DNA of 64,000 nucleotides from positions 6,899 to 70,898 of the forward strand of contig JAVBQY010000003.1 of the NCBI GenBank assembly GCA_031548545.1, written 5' to 3'. The position numbers and the translations under genes were made by a program. This DNA is from Bacteroidales bacterium (GTDB lineage Bacteria > Bacteroidota > Bacteroidia > Bacteroidales > UBA932). Positions within the stretch are counted from its first letter, which is position 1. The number at the start of each line of letters is the position of its first letter. The notes under the pieces are model-generated. The model was not told the DNA's origin and made no database searches. It saw only the letters and a list, made by a program, of their open reading frames with translations. This document shows positions 50,001 through 56,800 of this stretch, piece by piece.

Positions 50001-50030
50001 ACCCAGGATTTGGAGAATCTGTTTTTTCAT
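44049..50030 (-). CDS. Giant T9SS-secreted repeat adhesin-like protein (Fn3-like plus choice-of-anchor-J-like supermodules, six InlB-B-repeat-like tandem repeats, type-A T9SS C-terminal sorting domain)
   Basis: 1993 aa with signal peptide MKKQILQILGILLLAMAYSEGAKAQ. Four GYNV/IY(R/K)NG...Y.Y.V.AVY.N.CES Fn3-like units. Three ENF(D/N)...W...YIDDIQIG-type modules. Six ~77-aa repeats. C-terminal ITVYPNPVAAG...GVYLLQIQL...QKIVVY. Confidence 0.9.
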   Translation of the reverse strand: MKKQILQILGILLLAMAYSEGAKAQSTCNAPASVTVNMHKPEWFNFTVNWEVPASDASSLTLIYDNGRFVTDLGVGFNGADVSKMNTRQMIQGKAINKGNNQHVTDDFTLTNETKIDFVEFYAYPSGYTSASYSLVSPFNAAYVRIWDGKPNAGGKVIWGDDLNHFSETGFTNCFRVSAATLTQPSYPIMYIRASMGCTLAPGTYWIELSAGSSKSNLPWTVHADLSLPVGNAMTTSNRTTWSNWTENLAPSGSRAVNLPFKLYGEKAQVSGYNVFKDGVKQNTSMVTDRTFNTEVSGPGTYVYGVTALYGNPVECESPASTYSVVMPDDPCVAPLALPVVENFDGDFASSCWNISGKLDAVWELVSSGTNPACTPASGSKMLRFNCPAYTKGAKSVLRSPYLDFSNADCLVSFKLYRNFALPDSVDRVNVYVSPTKSIAGLSPVQTFNRSAAKAPAVLKDGWYDYRVALSSATLTAGYVFFEVVSNGGNNLYIDDIQIGGPLSICAAPKNLEFVVNYPNWKNVQLIWEGYDGVAGYNIYRNGEKVNPALVTATEYLDLATAAGNTVYAVTAVWNDNCESSPVVKTVAITPEECAPRITVFPYEENFNTRALPACWINDYMLGNAPWEVVNATSGQPTTAKSGAYKMYFHSYLKGETTKLILPAINLSLVARPILTFWHAQKAYNTNQDELRVYYKNSPTAKWTLLATYTGNVPEWTERVIDLPGASETYWIAFEGVNNAGYGVMLDEISVYTSDKCDPVRELEYSVNDRSVQLSWAAPARTENLLHYSVYRNNVLLAAAVTATSYTDAALALGPYTYEVEAVYNNFCGVSKRIVTPELLVVDRCGEPVKSLTLIPPADPDWYTVGLEWKSPTQEHTLAYSGSSMEGSIGQPQAIDFMIASRWEPADLTAMDGEKITVVKFIPADKNCNYSIRIWQGGSETEPGTLLVDQPVITETLTIGQWNMIRLAQPPVINPAQHLWIGIRCNMTAAGKPAAYDNIVDEALKGKSDMIYDGQSWAPLSAQIARGSWCIGALAGAEDINRKGFNVYRNGVKLNVNPVFDNILKDESALPGSYNYGVSVVYDNYCESAPVEQEIVVSESPCMTPRALPFVEGFDDIQPDERKVFIKQCYKNETTETVFWENVTKTMGFPQNCYPQSGAGMLGFNSFLAKSGTRVALTLPVLDFSGNNYVLKFYMYRDEGNSMKDDRVNVYLTDKYGVYTDQTPVLTVRRNRHLEPAAPAIGWYEYTVTLDCSQMTMGRLVFEAIGLVGTDIYIDNIRVEPVTHMISSSAGAGGSISPAGATPVYEGRDQAFQITADPAYAISEVLVDGVNTPSAVAAGHYTFTNVDAAHTITASFMSSQYTIAATAGHGGAITPSGAVGALAGDDKSFVITANTGFSIGNVLVDGVPDPLAVANSSYTYTFTNINENHSIDASFTPMTYTITATSDLNGSISPSGTLSVSHGSAQSYTFTPNTGYRLSRVLVDGLDNAAAVTAGSYTFTDINTSHTIEAAFTLLTYTLNATAGNGGTIVPAGTLTADYGSSQSYSIVPDAGYKLQSVLIDGVDNAAAVTAASYTFANITADHTIAASFSQLTYTITATAGAGGTITPAGVLTRAHGTNSSYTIKPATGYKIAQVLIDGVNNAAAVSSGTYAFTAISADHTIEATFERLTYVLTATAGVGGTILPAGSVTVNHGATKNFVIIPDNYYRIAEVLIDGSNNSTAVENAYYTFTNVAANHLIEVVFVRQTPEVTGITINNEPLAVDDHMQYMAACGDNSIMLSINGAGDIKINGDPYTTGTPKQLVFDKHKADIVITATVPSVGSMSYRLVVSEALGSTAKPLYVERWGKTLAIVNNPLNNGGYTFDAFKWYRDGSTEVLETDNYIAFNNDRNSYYADVRMQSTGQWHHTCRSQVVQHATGITVYPNPVAAGALLSLSLPEGVSKVNVSVYDLAGKLIRHYADVSDSITPPENMGVYLLQIQLPDGTVETQKIVVY
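44802..46178 (-). repeat. Six in-frame tandem coding repeats (72-79 aa, about 231 bp each) inside the 1993-aa gene
   Basis: Protein residues 1285-1743. Each unit reads ..TYT(I/L)TATAG.GG(T/S)I.P(A/S)G......G....(F/Y).I.P..GY.I..VL(V/I)DG.....AV..(G/A).YTFT.I...HTI.A.F, resembling divergent InlB B-repeats. The DNA copies are diverged rather than identical. Confidence 0.85.
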
Positions 50031-50068
50031 AAGGTTATTGTAAGTTTAGTTAGCAAAATTCGATTTTA

Positions 50069-50076
50069 CAAAATTA
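50069..50076 (-). promoter_or_regulatory. -7 promoter box (TAATTTTG on the minus strand) for the four-gene T9SS cargo operon
   Basis: The plus strand reads CAAAATTA, 39 nt upstream of the ATG at 50030, in the AT-rich divergent intergenic region. Confidence 0.4.
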
Positions 50077-50214
50077 TACGAAAAAATCCAGAAAAACACA
50101 AATTTAGACCTATATAAAATCTAACAAAATAAAAATAAAAACACTCATTATCAGCTATTTATTTTTTTACGCATCTTTCTTTCCCTTTTTAAGGCTTTTT
50201 CTAAAAAGAAATAG

Positions 50215-50222
50215 TAAATTTG
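50215..50222 (+). promoter_or_regulatory. -7 promoter box TAAATTTG for the TPR-LuxR regulator
   Basis: TAnnTTTG match 18 nt upstream of the ATG at 50240. Confidence 0.45.
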
Positions 50223-50239
50223 TGATACGCTATTTTAAT

Positions 50240-51970
50240 ATGAAAAAAATTATTTTCCTTTGTTGCTATCTCATCATTAGTCCGGCGCTACTCCAGGGTG
50301 TAGAGACAGGCCACAACCGGCAAGATTTTGACTCTTTAACAGCTAAAATAAAACACATTAGCTTTCATAGCCGGTCAAAGGCCTTATTACTCATGCAGGA
50401 ACTAAGGCAGTTAGCCCAAGATCATCCGGACAGCCTTAATTTAAAAAAGGAATGTCTTTACTATGAAGCTGAAATAGCTTATGCACAGGGGATTTATGAC
50501 TCCACCCTGATTCAACGCCTCCAGTATGAATTTCAGCGTACAAACAAAAGCAAACAGCCATTCCAATATGCTATTTTACAATATGCCATAGCGTTAAACC
50601 ACCTGACCAACGGAAATTATGCAGAGGCCTTCAGCATGACCCTGCATTCCCTGGAACAGTTCACGCAACTAAAAGACAGCGCATTTATAACGGAGACGAA
50701 TCTTTCATTAGGGCGGGTCTGTAGTTATATTGAAAGTTATAGAATGGCCGAAGATTATTACCAGAGAGCCCGAAAATTCACGAATCCGTCACGGAGCGAA
50801 TACTTTAGAATATGTTCCAATATATATACCACCCGCCTGGAGGACCTTGATGTCTTAGTAGACTCACTGCAAAACCTGATACCGGTCTTTGAGCGCCTGC
50901 AAGATACCTCTTCCATTGCCTCTACCTATTTAAATATAGGCTTGACCTATGCAGCCCAACAAAAATATGATAAAACCTATGAAAATTACCTGGCGGCCCA
51001 AAAGCTGCATCCATATATAGACAATCAGTTGTTTTCTATTTCTCTATGGCAAAACCTCGGCACCTACTACCTGCATATCGATAATCTCAAGGAGTCCTAT
51101 AAATATTTTCAAACGGCTAAAAATCTGGCCGTTCAATCGGGCAACCCCTATTTTATCGCCAGTATCTTACCCTCGCTGGCCGTCTTACACGAGAAACTAC
51201 ACCATAATGATAGCGCCTATATTTACCTGAAAGAATATAACGCCCTCAGAAATAAGCTATCAAGCAGCGCCAACCCCATTGAGGCGTATCAGGCCTATGT
51301 CAATGTCTTCCTGGCCGCCTCTCAGAAAGAGTTAACAATCAAGGAGCAGGAAATTTTACTACAAAACACCTATTTCATTGTCACCCTGATTTCCGCTACC
51401 GGTATTATTTTACTTATTATTTCCTGGGTAGTGATCTTGCAACAGCAAAAACGCCACATCCGCCAACAGACCCTATTAAAGGAGGCTGAAAACAGAGACC
51501 TTGAAGAAAGACTTCAAAGCAAGCAGGAAATTGAGCGGCTTCAAAAGGCTCAAATCCACACGCAAAGCAGGGAACTCACCACACATGCACTGGCCTTGTC
51601 CAACAAAAATCAAATTCTGCAACAAATTTCCAACATCCTTGACCGGGTACATACAGAACCTGCGGCCATTGAGGATATCCGCAAGATTATCAAAAACAAT
51701 ATCGAAACCGATAAGGCCTGGAAAAATTTCGTGGTGCACTTTGACAAGGTGCATCCTAATTTTTTCGACCGGCTACAGCAAATAAGCAACGAGCTTTCAA
51801 AAAACGACATCCGGTTGAGCGCCTATTTTCGTATAGGCATGACATCCAAACAAATCGCCCAAATGATCAATGTATCGGCAGATTCCATCTATATGCACCG
51901 TTGCCGGTTAAAGAAGAAGTTGAATCTCACGGACGAGCAGGATCTGGATGATTTTATTCAACATATATAA
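50240..51970 (+). CDS. Membrane-spanning one-component regulator: periplasmic TPR sensor, one TM helix, coiled coil, LuxR-type HTH
   Basis: ATG at 50240 (MKKIIFLCCYLIISPALLQG signal); the listed 50222 start is a GTG inside the -7 box. TPR-like repeats through ~aa 340. TM YFIVTLISATGIILLIISWVVIL (nt 51371-51439). Coiled coil EAENRDLEERLQSKQEIERLQKAQ. HTH DIRLSAYFRIGMTSKQIAQMINVSADSIYMHRCRLKKKL. Confidence 0.85.
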   Translation: MKKIIFLCCYLIISPALLQGVETGHNRQDFDSLTAKIKHISFHSRSKALLLMQELRQLAQDHPDSLNLKKECLYYEAEIAYAQGIYDSTLIQRLQYEFQRTNKSKQPFQYAILQYAIALNHLTNGNYAEAFSMTLHSLEQFTQLKDSAFITETNLSLGRVCSYIESYRMAEDYYQRARKFTNPSRSEYFRICSNIYTTRLEDLDVLVDSLQNLIPVFERLQDTSSIASTYLNIGLTYAAQQKYDKTYENYLAAQKLHPYIDNQLFSISLWQNLGTYYLHIDNLKESYKYFQTAKNLAVQSGNPYFIASILPSLAVLHEKLHHNDSAYIYLKEYNALRNKLSSSANPIEAYQAYVNVFLAASQKELTIKEQEILLQNTYFIVTLISATGIILLIISWVVILQQQKRHIRQQTLLKEAENRDLEERLQSKQEIERLQKAQIHTQSRELTTHALALSNKNQILQQISNILDRVHTEPAAIEDIRKIIKNNIETDKAWKNFVVHFDKVHPNFFDRLQQISNELSKNDIRLSAYFRIGMTSKQIAQMINVSADSIYMHRCRLKKKLNLTDEQDLDDFIQHI

Positions 51971-51973
51971 TAA

Positions 51974-52042
51974 GGTATAAAAAAACCGGCGAGGAAAATT
52001 CCCGCCGGTTTTTTTATTGATTAAATACCTGTCGCTTATTGG
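51974..52042. repeat. Left copy of a 69-bp direct repeat (terminator plus 7-nt nifJ 3' fragment)
   Basis: Aligns to 53800-53868 at an offset of exactly 1826 bp, 67/69 identical. 51980-52042 is identical to 53806-53868 (63 bp) by hand alignment. Confidence 0.9.
51979..52015. terminator. Bidirectional rho-independent terminator (serves the LuxR-type gene on + and the DUF262 gene on -)
   Basis: A7, stem CCGGCGAGG / CCCGCCGG, then T7. Confidence 0.8.
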
Positions 52043-53755
52043 TTAGATTTTCCAAATACCGCAGGCGGTTTTCGCCAGACTGGCCTGACGATGCTGTATC
52101 ATCCTTATATTCCATTCTTCTCCGGATATCGTATTACTTAAAGCATAACGACTCGTTTTATATACTTCCAGCTTTTCGGAGAACGATTTACGAGCGGCAT
52201 CTTTATTATTTTTGGAGGGTTCTAATAAAGATAAATTACCAATCATGTATACATTACGCAGATGTTCATCTTCTGTAAATTTTCCTGCCCACAACTTATC
52301 CAAACTTTCTGGCAAAACATGTTCTATAGTTGCATCATCCGTAATATAGTCGGCCTTAACCCCATTGTGCAATTGGGCTTCAATCTTGTATAAAATATAG
52401 CGGGCTATCTTCCTTTGTTGACTATTACTTGTATTGACACTCTTTAATTCAAAGTAATTTTTGAAAGTATGATCATCCAAATATAGCTCTTTCAGGTCTT
52501 CTATCACCTGGGTGGCCGATAACAATGTCTTATCATAGATCTTGTTGGCCGTCTTGTTATAAGCTTTTTCCATTTCATTGGTTTGCAACTTCCCTATCAC
52601 ATTATATCTAAATGAAATGGCCACTACGGCACTCAAGACTTTTTTAAATTCGGAAATTGACAATTTTGCATAGGCAGCCATTAGCAAAGGCTGGCATAAG
52701 GTAACCCTAAATAAATTAAGACTGTTAACATCGTCTTTTATAGCCTTATCCCCTCCCCACAATTCGTCTTCAGGATTACTTAATGCATTATAAATATAAG
52801 AGTATTCCTCCAGGTGTTCCAAGAGATCTACAACATCTTGCGGAGTCCTTACCAGTCTTTTTATACCTTTAAACAATTGCTCTTTACTAACTAAAGAACT
52901 CCTGGTATTCAGGTAATACCTCAAAAAAACAGGAAATTTCTTTAACCCTACCGCACCCACTATTTTTTTCCATTGCCCTTTTACCAGTTCAAGATCACTG
53001 GGCGTTTTTGCAACCAACGAAAATAGAAAATTTTTCAACAGATCCGTCGATGTAAGTTCTATTCCTCTGGAATTCAAAGTTTCAAAAACGGTATAGGCAT
53101 TTAACTCATCAACCACCGTGATTTGAATAAATTTCAATAACTCACCTACGGTTTTATCTAAAAATGCGGCTATCTTCTCTCCATTTTTTTCGTCCTTAAA
53201 CAAGAGTTCTAACTGTCCTCTATAATATTCGTAAGCATCCCATAATAATTTTTCGGAGTCTGAAAGTTTATTGTAATTAATGGGAGTCTTAAAATTCAAT
53301 AAACGCTGTTGGTAAAAACCATCATTATTCTCATTCAAAAATAATTTACTGGAATAGGACAGGGAAGAAGGATCTTTCTGACCTATATACTTTTTCATCA
53401 ATAACTCGGCCCTTTCATTATTATCAGCCGTATCAGCTCCCTCATCCGCCAACTTCCGGATTTTGTCTATAACTGCCAGGACAATGATACTTAAAGTAGT
53501 AAAACGCTGCTGACCATCAATAATCCAATATTGTTTATCCGACTCCCCGCCCTTTATCTGTAAAACAATAGAGCCCATATAATGAGCTGACAAATCATTT
53601 TTTACATTCAATAAATCATTCCATAAATCTTCCCATTGATCCTGTTCCCAAGAATAATCACGCTGGAATTGAGGAACAAAATAAATCTTGCCGTTTCCTA
53701 AAATATCATTTAACGTAAACGTTTTAGTATCCAGTAAGTTTGATGTTGAAGCCAT
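52043..53755 (-). CDS. GmrSD-like type IV (modification-dependent) restriction enzyme candidate: N-terminal DUF262 ParB-like NTPase plus C-terminal DUF1524 His-Me finger nuclease
   Basis: ATG at 53755 (MASTSNLL...); the listed 53779 start is a TTG inside the -7 box. Motifs PQFQRDYSW, IIDGQQRFTTL, FETLNSRGIELTSTDLLKN, and C-terminal TIEHVLPES ... GNLSLLEPSKNN. Confidence 0.88.
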   Translation of the reverse strand: MASTSNLLDTKTFTLNDILGNGKIYFVPQFQRDYSWEQDQWEDLWNDLLNVKNDLSAHYMGSIVLQIKGGESDKQYWIIDGQQRFTTLSIIVLAVIDKIRKLADEGADTADNNERAELLMKKYIGQKDPSSLSYSSKLFLNENNDGFYQQRLLNFKTPINYNKLSDSEKLLWDAYEYYRGQLELLFKDEKNGEKIAAFLDKTVGELLKFIQITVVDELNAYTVFETLNSRGIELTSTDLLKNFLFSLVAKTPSDLELVKGQWKKIVGAVGLKKFPVFLRYYLNTRSSLVSKEQLFKGIKRLVRTPQDVVDLLEHLEEYSYIYNALSNPEDELWGGDKAIKDDVNSLNLFRVTLCQPLLMAAYAKLSISEFKKVLSAVVAISFRYNVIGKLQTNEMEKAYNKTANKIYDKTLLSATQVIEDLKELYLDDHTFKNYFELKSVNTSNSQQRKIARYILYKIEAQLHNGVKADYITDDATIEHVLPESLDKLWAGKFTEDEHLRNVYMIGNLSLLEPSKNNKDAARKSFSEKLEVYKTSRYALSNTISGEEWNIRMIQHRQASLAKTACGIWKI

Positions 53756-53776
53756 AATTTTAGAAGAATAATTATA

Positions 53777-53784
53777 CAAATATA
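53777..53784 (-). promoter_or_regulatory. -7 promoter box (TATATTTG on the minus strand) for the DUF262 gene
   Basis: The plus strand reads CAAATATA, 22 nt upstream of the ATG at 53755. It lies inside the cassette, between the gene and the right repeat copy. Confidence 0.45.
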
Positions 53785-53799
53785 AAGATTAATAGCTTT

Positions 53800-53868
53800 G
53801 GTAACAAAAAACCGGCGAGGAAAATTCCCGCCGGTTTTTTTATTGATTAAATACCTGTCGCTTATTGG
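53800..53868. repeat. Right copy of the 69-bp direct repeat (native nifJ 3' end plus terminator)
   Basis: See the left copy. Here CTTATTGG is the reverse complement of the last nifJ codons (..CAA TAA). Confidence 0.9.
53805..53841. terminator. Rho-independent terminator after nifJ (duplicate of 51979-52015)
   Basis: Same hairpin and flanking A/T runs as the left copy. Confidence 0.8.
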
Positions 53869-56800
53869 GCAGCCAGGCGTTTATAGCTGTTGTAGCGCCA
53901 TTTGGCGAACTCTTCGGTCAGGCCGAACAGTTCCTGCGCTTCTGCAGGGAAGGTCTTGGTCAGCGAGCTGTAACGCACTTCACTCTTCAGGAAGTCCTGG
54001 AACTTGCTCCAATCCGGTTCTTTGCTATCCAGGGTGAAGGGGTTCTTGCCTTCTTTCTCGAGCAGCGGGTTGAAACGGTAGCAGTGCCAGTAACCACATT
54101 CTACAGCCAACTTCTCTTCACGTTGCGACACGCCCATGCCACCTCTTAAGCCGTGGTTGATACAGGGAGCGTAAGCAATGATCAATGAAGGACCGTCATA
54201 AGCTTCGGCCTCTTTCAGGGCGTTGAAGTACTGAGACTGGTTGGCGCCCATAGCTACCTGGGCTACATACACATAGCCATAGCTCATGGCCATCATGCCA
54301 AGGTCTTTCTTGCGAATGCGTTTACCGGAAGTAGCAAATTTAGCCACTGCGCCTGCAGGAGTCGATTTTGAAGACTGTCCGCCGGTGTTGGAATACACTT
54401 CGGTATCCATTACCAGTACGTTTACGTTCTCGCCGGAAGCCAGTACATGGTCCAGGCCGCCGTATCCGATATCGTAAGCCCAACCGTCGCCACCAAAGAT
54501 CCACTGTGAGCGTACTACCAGATAATCTTTCAACTGATAAATTTCCTTGCAGATATCACAAGCGCATTTCTCTACCAGAGGGATCAACTTGTCGGCAATT
54601 TCACGGGTCTTGGCAGCATCATCGCGATGGCTGATCCACTCGGCAAACAAGGCTTTTTCTTCGGAAGTGCATTGGCTGCATTCCTGGCCCTGGGTCATCA
54701 GGTGAGCCAAACGGTCACGCATACGTTCGCTACCCATGCGCATACCCAAACCAAACTCGGCATTGTCTTCGAACAAGGAGTTGGCCCAAGCCGGACCCTG
54801 TCCGTTTTTGTTGCAGGTATAAGGTGATGCGGGGAATGAACCGCCATAAATAGACGAACAGCCCGTAGCGTTGGCTACCATCATACGGTCACCGAACAGC
54901 TGGGTGATGGTTTTAATATAAGGTGTCTCACCGCAACCGGCACAGGCTCCGGAGAACTCGAACAAAGGTTGGGCGAATTGGCTGGGCTTAACACTGTGTT
55001 TCTTATCCATCACCGTGTCTTTGTAGCCCACATGGGTGTGCAGGTAGTCAAAATGTTTCTGCTCGCCCAACTGAGATTCCAGGGGTTTCATCACCAAGGC
55101 CTTGGTCTTAGCAGGACAAACATCGGCACAGTTACCGCAACCGGAACAGTCAAGCGGGGTAACCTGTATACGGAATTTGTAGTCTTTGCATGCAGCCGCA
55201 CCCTGGATGGTTTCCAGTCCGCCGGGTACTGCGGCCAGCTCTTCTTCGGTAAGAAGGAAGGGACGGATGGCAGCGTGGGGACAAACATAAGAACACTGGT
55301 TACACTGGATACAGTTGGCCGGAACCCATTCGGGCACATGTACGGCAATACCGCGTTTTTCAAAGGCGGCGGAACCGCAGGGCATAGTACCGTCTTCGTA
55401 GTTCAGGAAAGCGCTCACCGGAAGGTCGTCGCCATTCTGGGCATTCACTACATCGGCCACGTGTTTCACCCATTCGGGCGCCAGGCGGTTGTGTGTGTCG
55501 GCCTCGAACTTACCGCTCAATGAAGCCCAATCGGCTGGAACCTCTACCTTTACGGCATTGTCTCCGGCATCTACGGCGGCATAGTTCATCTTCACGATGT
55601 CTTCACCTTTCTTGCCGTAGCTCTTGTCAATGGCTTTCTTCATTTCTTTCACCGCCTGGGTGTAGTCAATCACATTGGCGATTTTAAAGAAGGCAGCCTG
55701 CAGAATGGTATTGGTACGGTTGCCCAAACCGATCTTATCGGCAATAGCCGTAGCATCGATGATATAGAAGTTGATCTTCTTATCGGCCAATGTACGTTTC
55801 ACAAAGTCGGGCAGGTGTTTCTTCGTATCTTCCACACTGTACATGCTGTTGAGCAGGAATGTACCGCCGGGTTTGATACCTTTCAGGATATCATACTTAC
55901 CCAGGTAAGAGAATACGTGGCAGGCCACAAAATCGGGGGTAGATACCAGGTAGGGAGAGGTAATGGGGTTATCACCGAAGCGCAGGTGCGAGCAGGTGAA
56001 ACCGCCGGACTTTTTAGAGTCATAAGCAAAATAAGCCTGGCAGTATTTAGGCGTGGTTTCGCCGATGATCTTGATGGTATTTTTGTTGGCGCCTACCGTA
56101 CCGTCAGAGCCCAAACCGTAGAACTTACATTCGTAAGTACCTTTCTTGGCCAGGCTGATTTCGGCTTTCTGAGGCAGTGATTTGAACGTCACGTCATCAA
56201 CAATACCCACGGTGAAACCGTTTTTGGGTTCATTGAGGGCCAGGTTTTCAAATACGGAAAGGATCTGTGCAGGCGTCGTATCTTTAGATGAAAGACCGTA
56301 ACGGCCGCCTACTACTACAGGTGCATTGGCTTGTCCGTACAGCACTTCTTTCACATCAAGGTACAAGGGTTCGCCGTTGGCGCCGGGTTCTTTCGTACGG
56401 TCAAGTACGGCAATGCGTTTAACCGTTGCAGGAAGTACACGCAGGAAATATTTGGCAGAGAACGGACGGTAGAGATGAACGGTGATCACCCCTACTTTTT
56501 CGCCTTTGGCATTCAGGTGATCAACGGTTTCTTTGATGGTATCGCAAACAGAGCCCATAGCGATAACTACACGGTCTGCATCAGCAGCACCATAGTAGGT
56601 GAAAGGCAGGTACGAACGGCCGGTCAGTTCGCTGATCTCTCCCATATAGCGGGCTACGATATCGGGAACTGCATCATAGAAAGGATTAGAAGCTTCACGA
56701 CCCTGGAAGTATACATCCGGGTTCTGCGCCGTACCGCGGGTTACCGGCTTATTGGGGTTCAAAGCGCGGCCGCGGAAAGCAGCCATGGCCTTGTCACTCA

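Larger units (their letters stand above)
52043..53868 (-). mobile_element. Putative 1826-bp inserted single-gene cassette (GmrSD-like gene plus one repeat copy); no recombinase
   Basis: Bounded by the 69-bp direct repeat. AT-rich relative to nifJ. Carries its own -7 box. See findings. Confidence 0.4.

Noticed and set aside
50031-53800. Treating the whole AT-rich stretch (LuxR-type regulator plus DUF262 gene) as one horizontally acquired island.
   Set aside because: My composition estimate rests on a few hand-counted 60-nt lines only. The direct repeats bracket only the DUF262 gene, and the regulator is plausibly native to the T9SS cargo operon. The composition observation is kept as a note inside the relevant findings.
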